Part shown: one piece after another, positions 46,952 to 57,064 of the stretch | Numbering within the stretch: the first letter of the stretch is position 1 | How the letters are laid out: each line of letters starts with the position of its first letter | Assembly (NCBI GenBank): GCA_050251055.1 | Contig: JBFWNL010000006.1 | Location: 64,001 to 128,000, forward strand | Length of the DNA: 64,000 bases | Direction: 5' to 3' | DNA from: Bacteriovoracia bacterium | Lineage (GTDB): Bacteria; Bdellovibrionota; UBA1018; JBFWNL01 | Position numbers and translations under genes: made by a program | Notes under the pieces: generated by a model | Seen by the model: the letters and a program-made list of their open reading frames with translations, nothing else | Told to the model about the DNA's origin: nothing | The model's database searches: none

Positions 46952-47812
46952 ATGTATGGAGTGAACCCTGTGCTAACTCGTTCAATCTTAGTCTTGGCCC
47001 TTTGTTTGTCATCCTTCGCCTGTAGCCGCAATGTGGAAGTAACCCGTCCCGCCGCCGGGGGTGGCCAACCGCAAGCGCCGGGGTCCGCGGAACCAGCGCC
47101 GGCGCCCGCGCCGGAACCGCCGAAGGCTGAACCAACCGCCGCCGAGAAGTGCGATCAGCGCCGTCAGTTTCTGAAGGACGAGTTTCTGGGCACGGTGGAT
47201 GTTCAGGCGGCGGGTGAGTCGCTCTATCGTTTTGTTGAAAGCCTCGACGGCAAGATGCGCCGCGATTTTAAAAATTTCCACGAAGCCGCGACGGCGCCGA
47301 ACGTATCGGTGGGAGACGCGCTGATCGCGCGCACTAAGTTCAATGGCGCCGCGCTGCGGGCGTTTGGCCGTTTGGAGCGCCTGCATGAGCGTGACTCACG
47401 CCGTGATCACTTCGCGCTGGTGGACATTTCCCACGAAGGCTTCTTCCTCACCCAGCGCTACCTGGTGAACGATATGCGCATGGCGCTGATCGCGAGCGAT
47501 ACCCGCAGCCGGGTGGAACCCACGCGACTGGACCGCACCCGCCTGCTCTGGTTGCCGAGTCAACCGAAGTTCGCCCGCGTGACTTGGATGGCTTCGACCA
47601 TTCGGGCTAACGAAAGACTCGAAGAGCTCACCTATCGCCCAAATTTAGCGTTGGATCGCGGCGAAGAGCAAAGCTTGTGGAAGGTTGTCGAGGCTCAAGT
47701 GGATACGGGCTGTAAAGGCCTGACCGCCCTGACGCTGGACGAAATCGAAAAGTTTGATTGGGTGGAAATTTCCCGCTTCAAACCGGCGCCGGCTGAGCAA
47801 CCCACCGAATAA
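46952..47812 (+). CDS. Hypothetical lipoprotein
   Basis: Lipobox SFAC followed by a Pro/Ala linker; start uncertain. Confidence 0.7.
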   Translation: MYGVNPVLTRSILVLALCLSSFACSRNVEVTRPAAGGGQPQAPGSAEPAPAPAPEPPKAEPTAAEKCDQRRQFLKDEFLGTVDVQAAGESLYRFVESLDGKMRRDFKNFHEAATAPNVSVGDALIARTKFNGAALRAFGRLERLHERDSRRDHFALVDISHEGFFLTQRYLVNDMRMALIASDTRSRVEPTRLDRTRLLWLPSQPKFARVTWMASTIRANERLEELTYRPNLALDRGEEQSLWKVVEAQVDTGCKGLTALTLDEIEKFDWVEISRFKPAPAEQPTE

Positions 47813-47824
47813 ATTTTAGGAGTC

Positions 47825-48952
47825 ATGAAGATGAAAAACGTGAACGTACTTTCGGCGATTTCGGCATTAGCCCTGCTGGTGGGCGCGCCCGCCCCCGCTC
47901 TAGCCCAAGATCTTGCGCAATCGGCCGCCACCGCGCAACGTGGATTGGCTCCTGGTTGGTGGCTCTATGCCTCCCTGGCCGGTGGTTACGCTGGCGTGGA
48001 CGGAGGCGAGTTTTCGGTTCACCCGAATGGCTCGCAATTTCAATTCAGTGGGCTTGCGTCCCATCTGAGCCGAAGCTGGGTCGTGGATTTGGGCGTCGGC
48101 TATTCTACCTCCAGTGTGAATGGCGCCGTGCCGGGTACATCCAACGTGAAGATTTCCCATCGTACCGGTTTTGGTGAAGTGAGTGCGCGTTATCGCCTCG
48201 ATGCCAACTGGCAGCTGGGACCGGTGGTTGAGTCGCATTTCGGGGCCGAAAGCAGCTTCGCGGCGGTCGATACCGGCAAGACCTTTTCCACCTTGATCGG
48301 CGGTAAGCTCGCCTACCAGATCCCGATGGACAACTGGGCGATGCGCGCCTTCGTGAAGGTCGTCACCGATCTGGACATCGAAAACCGCCAAGCTACCGTG
48401 GCTTCGATCGGCTTGCAGATCGGTCTGCCGGTGAGCCCGTCACCAGTGGTCGTAGCATCGAGCGAGTCGTCGTCTTCATCCCAGGAGGAGTCATACGAAA
48501 GTACCGAGATCACCACCACGACCCGCGACACGGTCGTGACCACGGTTTCCGCGCCGGTACGTGAAAGTATCCCGATCACGCGCCTGCACTTCAACACCGC
48601 CTCCACGCAGGTTTCAAATTCCTCCCAGGTGAAGCTGAAGAAACTCGCCGATCTGATCGGTACGAATTTCTCGGTTGAAATCATCGGCCACGCTGACTCC
48701 CGCGGACCGGAACCGCTCAATTTCAAGCTCTCCGAGCGCCGTGCGGAAACCGTGCGGGAAGCCCTGCTGAAAGGTGGCCTTACCGAAAAAGGCATCGTTG
48801 CTTACGGCCGCGGTGAATCCGAGCCGCTGGACCCGCGGAATAACTCCGAAGCCTGGGCTAAGAATCGCCGCATCGAGCTGATCCTCACGCCGACCGCTTC
48901 CGCCACGCCGGAAATGGCGAGCGAAGTGTCGCGGTTCGTACGCGGCTTCTAG
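47825..48952 (+). CDS. OmpA family outer membrane protein
   Basis: Signal peptide, beta-barrel-like N-terminal half, GHAD..G...N..LS.RRA and NRRIE. Confidence 0.9.
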   Translation: MKMKNVNVLSAISALALLVGAPAPALAQDLAQSAATAQRGLAPGWWLYASLAGGYAGVDGGEFSVHPNGSQFQFSGLASHLSRSWVVDLGVGYSTSSVNGAVPGTSNVKISHRTGFGEVSARYRLDANWQLGPVVESHFGAESSFAAVDTGKTFSTLIGGKLAYQIPMDNWAMRAFVKVVTDLDIENRQATVASIGLQIGLPVSPSPVVVASSESSSSSQEESYESTEITTTTRDTVVTTVSAPVRESIPITRLHFNTASTQVSNSSQVKLKKLADLIGTNFSVEIIGHADSRGPEPLNFKLSERRAETVREALLKGGLTEKGIVAYGRGESEPLDPRNNSEAWAKNRRIELILTPTASATPEMASEVSRFVRGF

Positions 48953-49064
48953 GCTTATTTAGAATACGGCCAGAATACAAAATCCCCCGGTTAGCTAAGG
49001 CCGGGATGGAGTTCCTCCCCCGCTTGCCGCTATCCTGAAAGGGCACCAAACGGGGGGGATAAGC

Positions 49065-49385
49065 ATGAAAAAGACGATTGGATTCGTGTTTGGCCTATGT
49101 TTACTGATCGCCCCAGGCGCTCAGGCTCAGTGGCCGTGGCCTGGACTAACTCCGGAAGGATACTGCATGGCTATAGCGGATGTGGCGGTGCAGGAATGCC
49201 TGCGTCGCGTGGGTGGCGCCGGGTATAATGAAGAGGCGATTGCCTGCGCGGACCTCTACTATAAAAAGTACGACGAGTGCATGCGCAAGATACGGGGCCC
49301 GTACCGGCCTCCGTCGCGCCGAAACGTCAAACTCGAAGACCTCGAAGAAGGCGTCGGGGTGGTCGAAGAAAGCTCGGCTAACTAA
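49065..49385 (+). CDS. Small secreted protein with four Cys in the mature part
   Basis: GGGGGA SD, signal peptide (AQA-Q), C-x9-C ... C-x10-C pattern. Confidence 0.65.
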   Translation: MKKTIGFVFGLCLLIAPGAQAQWPWPGLTPEGYCMAIADVAVQECLRRVGGAGYNEEAIACADLYYKKYDECMRKIRGPYRPPSRRNVKLEDLEEGVGVVEESSAN

Positions 49386-51043
49386 AACCCGTCGTAAGGC
49401 GTCATCTCGACTTGCAGCCAGCATAGCTTGGTGCCGTCGAGTTGATGCTGCTTGATCCACTGATCGAGTTTCCCGCGGATGCGCTGGCGATCTGGGGTGC
49501 CCCCGTCTTTGCTGGCGACGATTTCGTTTTCAAATAGCTCCCACCCGGTCGGGACGCGGCCGGTGTAACCGTTCAGCGTAGGCACTCCGGTCTCGATCGA
49601 AGCCCATTGCGCCTGCATGTGGTACTCGACCGGACTGGCGGGACCGTGCACCCGGTGCACGGGTGAATAGTAGAAATAGTCACAAGCCCGGCGTCCCTGT
49701 TCCGCGCGCAACGCCCCTTTGATGGCTTCAATGCGCTCGCGGCTGGCATAGGAGTCGAACGAAAAGGGCGTACGTCCCTGTTCCAGCACGCAAAACAGCG
49801 CGAGCGCCACGACGCCGGCTTGCCGCACGCGTCGGGTCGGAAACTTCAAGCGATCCCAAAAGAGCGCGAACCCCAATGCGGCGGGCAAGAGCGCGAGGAT
49901 CGCAATGCGGTTCACGCCACGCACGGCGTTCGCGCCCGGAACGTACTGGTACACGTAATACCAGATAGGTCGGTCGACGTGCGGGGGTTTTAAGCTCAAT
50001 AAAAATAGACTGAGATATAAAAGCCCGGCCAAGCGGAAGCCCAGCTGCTTTCGGCGGCGTACGTACTCAGAGATCACGATGAAGATCGTGACTAATCCGA
50101 TGCCGATGGATTGTTCTCCCCGGATGGGGATCATGGCCCAGAGTTTAATGCGCACGAGCCACGAATAGATCCAGCTATTGTCCCCCATGAAGAACCACGA
50201 CTGCGCCATGGGCTGCAGCCAAAACGCTTCTTCGTAGCTGCGGTAGCCGGAGGCGTCGCGTGCGGCCAGGTAATGTTGGACGAGTGGCGTGAGCGCAAGC
50301 GCGCTTAAGAAGGCTCCCACTAGGATCGCGGGGGCGTACTCGCGCGCGAGCATGAAGAGTCGCTCGCGCGTGAATGAAAAGCAAAGCGCCCAGAGCGTAA
50401 GCAGGATGAGGCCGATCCCAAGGAACCATCCCAGGTAGAAGCAGCCGTAGAGCTGACCCACGATGCCCACGAAAAATACCGCGATCCACTTTTGGGCCTC
50501 TACTTTTTCCGGAGGTCGCGCCCGGAAGAGTACGGTGATCGCCCACGCGATCCAGACTGTATAGAAATGAATCATGAATTGTTGGTGACCCAGACGTGCA
50601 CTTCGGGCGGCGGCGAAGGCGAAGAGAAACGCGCCCATCCCGGCCGCGAGCGTTCGCACGCCGACGCCGCGTCGGAGCCAAAGATAGGCAAACCAAAAGT
50701 TCAGCGACATCACGGTCAGCATCCAGAGCTTGAAGGCGTTATAAGGAGTGAGCCCTACACCTCGAAAAACCCAAAACACGGGTGCCCCGCCCAAGAGGAC
50801 CTCGGTATAGGCCGAAAGGTTCTTCACGGGATAAAAGAAGATCGGGTCCCAAAATCCATGGGCCGTTCGACCCAGGAGGGACTGAAAGCTATTTTCTAAA
50901 ATATAGGCGACGAGCAGGCTGTCACCTGGGTCGGTGACCATCATTTTAAAGCCGCTCAGCAGCATAGTGTGAAAAACGACAATGATTCCGATCACCCATA
51001 AGGTGACTAAAATAGTCTTATTATACCAAAGCCCTTCTTTCAC
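49382..51043 (-). CDS. Polytopic membrane protein, GT-C/YfhO-like glycosyltransferase candidate
   Basis: D.GD loop after TM1, FYP, many TMs, PG...R...R, P.LNGYTG..P; start set at GTG 51043. Confidence 0.65.
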   Translation of the reverse strand: MKEGLWYNKTILVTLWVIGIIVVFHTMLLSGFKMMVTDPGDSLLVAYILENSFQSLLGRTAHGFWDPIFFYPVKNLSAYTEVLLGGAPVFWVFRGVGLTPYNAFKLWMLTVMSLNFWFAYLWLRRGVGVRTLAAGMGAFLFAFAAARSARLGHQQFMIHFYTVWIAWAITVLFRARPPEKVEAQKWIAVFFVGIVGQLYGCFYLGWFLGIGLILLTLWALCFSFTRERLFMLAREYAPAILVGAFLSALALTPLVQHYLAARDASGYRSYEEAFWLQPMAQSWFFMGDNSWIYSWLVRIKLWAMIPIRGEQSIGIGLVTIFIVISEYVRRRKQLGFRLAGLLYLSLFLLSLKPPHVDRPIWYYVYQYVPGANAVRGVNRIAILALLPAALGFALFWDRLKFPTRRVRQAGVVALALFCVLEQGRTPFSFDSYASRERIEAIKGALRAEQGRRACDYFYYSPVHRVHGPASPVEYHMQAQWASIETGVPTLNGYTGRVPTGWELFENEIVASKDGGTPDRQRIRGKLDQWIKQHQLDGTKLCWLQVEMTPYDGF

Positions 51044-51145
51044 GGTCTTTCTTCTGTGCCTGAAGTCCGAGAGTAATTCACCAGAAAAGTCTGGCTTGAC
51101 CACCCCCGGCGGCCTCTGGTAAGTCCGCTGTTTACTGAGGATTTT

Positions 51146-51349
51146 ATGAAACAAGGCATTCATCCAGTTTACACGGAAACGACGGTCACTTGCGTATGCG
51201 GCAACGTTTTCAACACCCGGGCGACCCGCGATAACATCCGTGTGGAAATTTGTTCGAACTGCCATCCGTTCTTCACCGGCAAGCACAAGCTCATGGATAC
51301 CGAAGGACGCGTGGAGCGGTTCCTCAATAAGTACAAGAAGAAGAAGTAG
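51146..51349 (+). CDS. rpmE: 50S ribosomal protein L31 (Zn-binding type)
   Basis: [28 protein letters not shown]. Confidence 0.97.
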   Translation: MKQGIHPVYTETTVTCVCGNVFNTRATRDNIRVEICSNCHPFFTGKHKLMDTEGRVERFLNKYKKKK

Positions 51350-51408
51350 TTTTTCCTAACGCCGTTTTCCCGTCCGCGCCGGAAAACCAGGAAGGATCGC
51401 GCTCGCCT

Positions 51409-52449
51409 ATGAAACCAGGCAGTACTTCGTTCACCAGCATTGGTGGCCAAGCGATCATAGAGGGCGTGATGATGCGTTCGCCGCGTTTTTTGGCGATCGC
51501 CGTCCGCCGTCCCGACCAAAAAATCGTCCTGCGTAGCTTCGGCTACCAATCCATTTTGAAACGGTTCCCGATATTAGCGAAGCCCGTGTTTCGCGGCATC
51601 GTCGGTATCATCGAGTCGCTGATGCAGGGGATCGACGCCTTGAGTTTTTCGGCCCAGGTGCTGGCCGAGTCCGAGGACGAAGGAAAGCCGCTTTCAGCGG
51701 GCGCGGTGGCGGTTTCCATTATCTCGGCGATTGCTTTGGGTCTGACCCTCTTCGTGGTGATCCCGCACGTCGTGACGGCTTTGCTCCTGTCGGGCGAACC
51801 GACGGCGAGCTCGACTCGCAGCCCGATCTTCCACCTGGTCGACGGCGGCATCAAGCTCGGTATCTTATTGCTTTATATTTATGCGATCACGCTGATGAAG
51901 GACATCTACCGCGTGTTTCAGTATCACGGCGCAGAACATAAATCGATTTACACCTTCGAGGCGGGTGAAGACCTGACGGTGGAGAATGCCCGCAAGCATT
52001 CTCGTCTCCATCCGCGGTGCGGAACGAGCTTCCTGCTCGCGCTCGTGATGGTGAGTATCTTGGTGTTTAGTGTGGTGTTCCCGGTTTTTCATCTCGACGC
52101 GGTTTCCGAACGGGCTTGGGTAGGGCACGTGCTCGTGGTGCTGGTGAAGATTTTATTGATGCTGCCGATTGGTGGGTTGGCTTACGAAGCCTTGAAGTGG
52201 TCGGCGGCTAGGATGGGCAATCCCTTGCTGCGGGCGGTGGTTTGGCCGGGGCTTCAGCTCCAGAACCTCACCACGCGCGAGCCGGATGATGAGCAGCTGG
52301 AGGTAGCGCTGATTTCGCTGCGCCAGGTGCTACGTCGGGAAAAGATGGGCGAAGTCAGCGTAATTGACGGCGAAATGGAACAAGAATTGGCGCATTTGTC
52401 GGAACTGGGCGCCGTGAAAGCCACGGTGTCCGAGTTTCCGGAGCTGTAG
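51409..52449 (+). CDS. DUF1385 domain membrane protein
   Basis: GGQA.IEGVMMR, FQYHGAEHK, HPRCGTSF, Q.LTTREP. Confidence 0.92.
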   Translation: MKPGSTSFTSIGGQAIIEGVMMRSPRFLAIAVRRPDQKIVLRSFGYQSILKRFPILAKPVFRGIVGIIESLMQGIDALSFSAQVLAESEDEGKPLSAGAVAVSIISAIALGLTLFVVIPHVVTALLLSGEPTASSTRSPIFHLVDGGIKLGILLLYIYAITLMKDIYRVFQYHGAEHKSIYTFEAGEDLTVENARKHSRLHPRCGTSFLLALVMVSILVFSVVFPVFHLDAVSERAWVGHVLVVLVKILLMLPIGGLAYEALKWSAARMGNPLLRAVVWPGLQLQNLTTREPDDEQLEVALISLRQVLRREKMGEVSVIDGEMEQELAHLSELGAVKATVSEFPEL

Positions 52450-52463
52450 GGAACTGAACACCG

Positions 52464-53537
52464 ATGTTCGATAAACTGAACTCCGTAGAGCAGCGTTTTG
52501 AAGAGGTGGAGAGCCGCCTGGCCGATCCTTCGCTCGCGAGCAACCCGATCGAGTTCCGCCGTCTTTCGCTCGAGCATTCCACCTTACAGGAAATCGTCGA
52601 CGAGTTCCGGAATTACAAAAAAATGAACGACGAGTTCGTCTCGAATAAGGAGCTGCTGGGCGAGAAGGACGAGGAGATCGCGGAACTCGCCAAGGAAGAG
52701 CTCAAACGCCTGGAACCCGCGATCGAGGAAAGTAAGCAGAAGTTGCGTTTGCTGCTGCTGCCCCAGGATCCCAACGACGCGAAAAACGTGATCTTTGAAA
52801 TCCGCGCGGGCGCGGGCGGCGAGGAAGCCGCACTCTTTGTGGCCGCCCTCTTTCGTATGTACCAGCGCTACGCCGAACGCCAGGGCTGGCGCGTGGAAAT
52901 CATGTCGTCTAACCCCACGGGTTTGGGCGGGTTGAGGGAAATTATCGCCATGATTTCGGGTGCGCGCGTGTTTAGCCGCCTGAAGTGGGAAGGGGGCGTG
53001 CATCGCGTGCAGCGCGTGCCGGAAACCGAGGCCCAGGGCCGCATCCATACATCCACCGTCACGGTCGCGGTATTGCCCGAAGCCGAGGAAGTCGACGTGA
53101 ATATTAATCCGGCGGATCTGCGTATCGATGTTTTCCGTTCCGGCGGTGCCGGCGGCCAGGGCGTGAACACGACCGACTCCGCCGTGCGTATCACGCACAT
53201 CCCGTCGGGCCTGGTCGTGGTTTGCCAGGACGAGCGTTCCCAGCACAAAAACAAAGACAAGGCGATGAAGATCCTACGCTCCCGTCTGCTCGAGCAGGAA
53301 ATGGAAAAGGCGGCGAAGTCCGAGTCCGACGCCCGTCGCAGCATGGTGGGCACGGGCGATCGCAGCGAGCGCATCCGCACTTATAATTTCCCACAGGGGC
53401 GCCTCACCGACCATCGCATCGGATTGACGATTTATGAACTCCCGCAGGTCATGGAAGGCAAGATCGACGAAGTGATCGCCCGCCTGCAGGCGAACTATCA
53501 GATGGAAGCCCTGAAGGCCCAAGGAGTGACCGAATGA
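52464..53537 (+). CDS. prfA: Peptide chain release factor 1
   Basis: EIRAGAGGEEA, VQRVPETE (PxT), GGQ, RSERIRTYNFPQGR. Confidence 0.98.
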   Translation: MFDKLNSVEQRFEEVESRLADPSLASNPIEFRRLSLEHSTLQEIVDEFRNYKKMNDEFVSNKELLGEKDEEIAELAKEELKRLEPAIEESKQKLRLLLLPQDPNDAKNVIFEIRAGAGGEEAALFVAALFRMYQRYAERQGWRVEIMSSNPTGLGGLREIIAMISGARVFSRLKWEGGVHRVQRVPETEAQGRIHTSTVTVAVLPEAEEVDVNINPADLRIDVFRSGGAGGQGVNTTDSAVRITHIPSGLVVVCQDERSQHKNKDKAMKILRSRLLEQEMEKAAKSESDARRSMVGTGDRSERIRTYNFPQGRLTDHRIGLTIYELPQVMEGKIDEVIARLQANYQMEALKAQGVTE

Positions 53538-54433
53538 GCGAGTTTCTGCGCGTGCCCGATGTTTTAGGCGAAGTGTCCGCCGTCCTCGGTGGGAACACGG
53601 TCGAATCCGAACGCATCCTGCTCGCCAGCCTCGAGCGGGACCTGGGCATGCAGGTGGGCCGGGCCCGCATGTACCTGGAGTTTCGCGAGCATTTGAGCCC
53701 GGAAACCCGCGACCGCGCGTTGGGGATCGCGCGTGAGCGCGCCCGTGGCGCTTCCTTGCAGTACTTGTTGGGAGTCCAGGACTTTTTGGATCACGAGTAC
53801 GAAGTGAACCCGAACGTGCTGATCCCAAGGCCCGAGACCGAAATCCTGGTGCGGGAAGTGCTCCGTACCTACAAAGACCGTCGGCCCGAGGGGGGCCTGC
53901 GGGGCGCCGAGATTGGGTTAGGTAGTGGCGTGATCTCCATCGAGCTTTTAGCGAATCGTCCGGATTTGCGCATGACGGCCACCGAGGTGTGCGCCGAGGC
54001 TCGCTCGCTCGCGCTTCGCAATGTCGACCGCGTGCTGGGTGATCGCGATCGCCTGGAGATTTTGGCGCCCGATTCGGCGTCGGACGTCGTGAAAACCCTG
54101 AGCTGGTATTTGGAAGCGGGCCTGGGGCCGTTGGATTTTTTGGTGAGTAACCCGCCTTACCTCAGTCCCGAAGAGGCCGAAGCGGAAGTCGTGCGCAACG
54201 AGCCTCATGGCGCGCTTTTCCCCGCGGGTGGGGATCTTCTGCTTTTTTACCGTGAGATCGCGGCGAACGCCGGGGGTTTTCTGCGCCCCGATGGATTGGT
54301 TTTCTTGGAGATTCCGCACGAACGCGCCGACGAGATCCAGGCCCTCTTCACGCGCGAAGGTTGGGACGCTTGGATTCAATCGGACCTGACCTTGCGCGAT
54401 CGGGTTCTGGTCGCGAAACGGGTGCAGCAGTAA
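53534..54433 (+). CDS. prmC: Release factor glutamine methyltransferase PrmC
   Basis: LIPRPETE, G.GSG, SNPPY; follows prfA. Confidence 0.93.
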   Translation: MSEFLRVPDVLGEVSAVLGGNTVESERILLASLERDLGMQVGRARMYLEFREHLSPETRDRALGIARERARGASLQYLLGVQDFLDHEYEVNPNVLIPRPETEILVREVLRTYKDRRPEGGLRGAEIGLGSGVISIELLANRPDLRMTATEVCAEARSLALRNVDRVLGDRDRLEILAPDSASDVVKTLSWYLEAGLGPLDFLVSNPPYLSPEEAEAEVVRNEPHGALFPAGGDLLLFYREIAANAGGFLRPDGLVFLEIPHERADEIQALFTREGWDAWIQSDLTLRDRVLVAKRVQQ

Positions 54434-55683
54434 TGGATAAGCTCAGGATTCGCGGCGGGAAAAAACTTTTGGGCACGGTCCAGGTCGGCGGCGCCAAGAA
54501 CGCCGCCCTGCCGATCTTGTTCTCGAGCCTGCTCACCGACGAGACTTGCACCTACGAGCAGATGCCGGAGCTGCAGGACATCGAGTCGACGGTCGCGCTG
54601 CTGGAGCATCTCGGTGCGCAGGTGAAGCGCGAGGATCACGTGGCGCACGTCAAATCGGGCGTGAAGCTCGGCACCCATGCGCCCTACGATCTGGTTCGTA
54701 AGATGCGGGCTTCGGTGTTGACGTTAGGGCCTTTGCTCGCGCGTTACGGCCAAGCCGAGGTCAGCCTACCGGGAGGTTGCGCGATCGGCGCGCGGCCCAT
54801 CAATTTGCACCTGGCCGGCATGGAAAAGCTCGGGGCCAAGATCGAGCTCGAGCAAGGTTATGTACGTGCGCAGGCCAAGGCGCTCGTGGGGAATCGAGTC
54901 ACCTTTGAGATGCCGAGCGTGGGCGCCACCGAAAACGTGCTGATGGCCGCGGTGCTCGCCAAAGGCGAGAGCGTGCTGGAGAACTGCGCGCGCGAGCCTG
55001 AGATTGTGGATCTCGCCCAAGCTTTGCGCGCGATGGGCGCGAAAATCGAAGGCGAAGGATCCGAGCAGATTCGGGTTCAAGGCGTGAGCGCGCTCAAGGG
55101 CTGTCGCTATCGGGTGATGGGGGATCGGATCGAAGCGGGTACCTATCTTGCCGCTGGTTTCATCACGCGCGGGAAGGTGCGCGTGAACGGTTTGGATTAC
55201 CAGAACTACGAAGCCGTGCTGGAGCGCTTCGAAGCCGCGGGCGCGAAGATCCAGCGGCACGCGGACGGCGTGGAGCTCGATGGGAGCGGCCGCGCCCAGG
55301 GCGTGGACGTGACGACTTTGCCGTACCCCGGATTTCCGACCGACATGCAGGCGCAGTTCATGGCGGTGATGTGCACGGCGGACGGCGCCTCGATGATCAC
55401 CGAGACTATTTTTGAAAACCGCTTCATGCACGTGCCCGAGTTGCAGCGCTTGGGCGCGGACATCACCATTCGGGGGAAGAGCGCGCTCGTTCGTGGTAAA
55501 GAAAAGTTAATCGGCGCGCCTCTCATGGCCACCGACCTTCGCGCGAGCGCGAGCCTAGTCCTGGGCGGGCTGTGCGCCGAGGGAGAAACCGTGGTTAACC
55601 GCGTCTACCACTTGGATCGCGGTTACGAGCGCATGGAAGAGAAGCTTCGAAGCCTCGGCGCCGACGTGGTGCGTATTCAATAA
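54433..55683 (+). CDS. murA: UDP-GlcNAc enolpyruvyl transferase MurA
   Basis: GAKNAALP, MRAS, LPGGCAIGARP, PGFPTDMQ, DLRA, DRGYE; TAATG overlap with prmC. Confidence 0.98.
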   Translation: MDKLRIRGGKKLLGTVQVGGAKNAALPILFSSLLTDETCTYEQMPELQDIESTVALLEHLGAQVKREDHVAHVKSGVKLGTHAPYDLVRKMRASVLTLGPLLARYGQAEVSLPGGCAIGARPINLHLAGMEKLGAKIELEQGYVRAQAKALVGNRVTFEMPSVGATENVLMAAVLAKGESVLENCAREPEIVDLAQALRAMGAKIEGEGSEQIRVQGVSALKGCRYRVMGDRIEAGTYLAAGFITRGKVRVNGLDYQNYEAVLERFEAAGAKIQRHADGVELDGSGRAQGVDVTTLPYPGFPTDMQAQFMAVMCTADGASMITETIFENRFMHVPELQRLGADITIRGKSALVRGKEKLIGAPLMATDLRASASLVLGGLCAEGETVVNRVYHLDRGYERMEEKLRSLGADVVRIQ

Positions 55684-55733
55684 AAGACAAATCCATTGAC
55701 GCGCATGGAACGGGAGTTTATTGATTTCCCGGG

Positions 55734-56111
55734 ATGGGAAACGAGCAAGCTACCGATAACAACTGCATTTTTTGCAAAATCATCCGCGGTGAAATTCCAT
55801 CGCAGAAGCTCTTGGATGATGAGCATTTCATCGCTTTTCGCGATATCCAGCCGCAGGCAAAGACCCATTTGCTGGTGGTGCCGAAGCGTCACGTCGCTTC
55901 CGTGGCCGATGCGTTCGCGCCGGGCGTCCCAGGTGGGCGTGATCTGATGGGCCAGCTTTACGAGCGTGCCGCCGCGCTGGCGCAGGCTCAAGGGCTTTGG
56001 CCCGGAGGCTATCGGTGCGTGATCAACACCGGGGCGCACGGGGGACAGACCGTGTTCCACTTGCATTTGCACGTGCTGGGCGGAGAGCCGCTCACGGGGA
56101 AGTTCGCCTAG
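55734..56111 (+). CDS. hinT: Histidine triad nucleotide-binding protein
   Basis: CIFCKI, F.DI.P, GQTVFHLHLHVLGG. Confidence 0.93.
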   Translation: MGNEQATDNNCIFCKIIRGEIPSQKLLDDEHFIAFRDIQPQAKTHLLVVPKRHVASVADAFAPGVPGGRDLMGQLYERAAALAQAQGLWPGGYRCVINTGAHGGQTVFHLHLHVLGGEPLTGKFA

Positions 56112-56136
56112 TGCCAGTCCACGCGAGAGGCATTCG

Positions 56137-57042
56137 ATGAAAATTCTCCTGACGGGCGCCACGGGTTTCGTAGGCCGCCCCCTCTGCGAATACCTGAAGG
56201 CGCGCGGCCACGATTTAGTCGTGCTGACCCGCTCGGGCAAGGCGGCGATTGGTCGCGCGGTTCGCTGGGATTACACGCGTGGCCCGGTGCCGGCGGAAGC
56301 CCTGCGCGATGTGGACGCCGTTATTCATCTGGCGGGTGAGTCCGTCGCCAGTCGCTGGACCGATAAGCAGAAGAAGTTGATTCGGGATTCTCGGGTGCTC
56401 ACGACTCAATCGCTCCTGGATTCGTTGAAGCGGTCCCACGAACATCGTTGCAAGGTGTTCGTGTCGGCGTCCGCGATCGGCATTTACGGTAATCGCGCCG
56501 ATCAGATGCTGACGGAGATTTCTCCTCCCGGAAACGGGTTCCTCGCGGATGTCTGCAAGGAGTGGGAGTCCACGCTCTTTGCCGACGCCGAAACCGGGGG
56601 TATGCGTAAGGTCGCGCTTCGCTTCGGTATGGTTCTGGGCGAAGGCGGAGGCGCGCTGCCTAAGATGTTGCCGATTTTTCGCGCCGGGCTGGGTGGCCCG
56701 CTGGGATCGGGCCGTCAGTACATGAGCTGGATCCACATCGCCGACCTGGTCCATCTGGTGGATTCCTGTTTGACCTCGTCCGAGTTTCAGGGACCCATTA
56801 ACGCGGTGGCCCCCAATCCGGTCACCAACCGCGAGTTTTCCCGGGTGTTGGGCAAGGTACTGCGGCGTCCGACTTTTTTAAAAGCGCCGGCCTTCGCGAT
56901 TAAGGCGGCGTTGGGGGAGATGTCGGAAGTGCTATTGGATAGCCAGCGGGTGTTTCCGGAACGGGCGATAAAAGCTGGATTTTCTTGTACATTCGAGCGC
57001 ATCGAAGATGCCCTGGTGGATATTCTGTCGGAGCCAGTATAA
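56137..57042 (+). CDS. TIGR01777 family NAD-dependent epimerase/oxidoreductase (YfcH-like)
   Basis: TGATGFVG, HLAGE, SASAIG.YG, FLA.VC..WE, G.Q.MSWIH..D. Confidence 0.9.
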   Translation: MKILLTGATGFVGRPLCEYLKARGHDLVVLTRSGKAAIGRAVRWDYTRGPVPAEALRDVDAVIHLAGESVASRWTDKQKKLIRDSRVLTTQSLLDSLKRSHEHRCKVFVSASAIGIYGNRADQMLTEISPPGNGFLADVCKEWESTLFADAETGGMRKVALRFGMVLGEGGGALPKMLPIFRAGLGGPLGSGRQYMSWIHIADLVHLVDSCLTSSEFQGPINAVAPNPVTNREFSRVLGKVLRRPTFLKAPAFAIKAALGEMSEVLLDSQRVFPERAIKAGFSCTFERIEDALVDILSEPV

Positions 57043-57064
57043 GCCAGTGTATAAGGAAACAATC

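Noticed and set aside
51044-51286. N-terminal extension of the 634-aa membrane ORF
   Set aside because: Overlaps rpmE and its promoter on the other strand; GTG 51043 gives a sensible first TM
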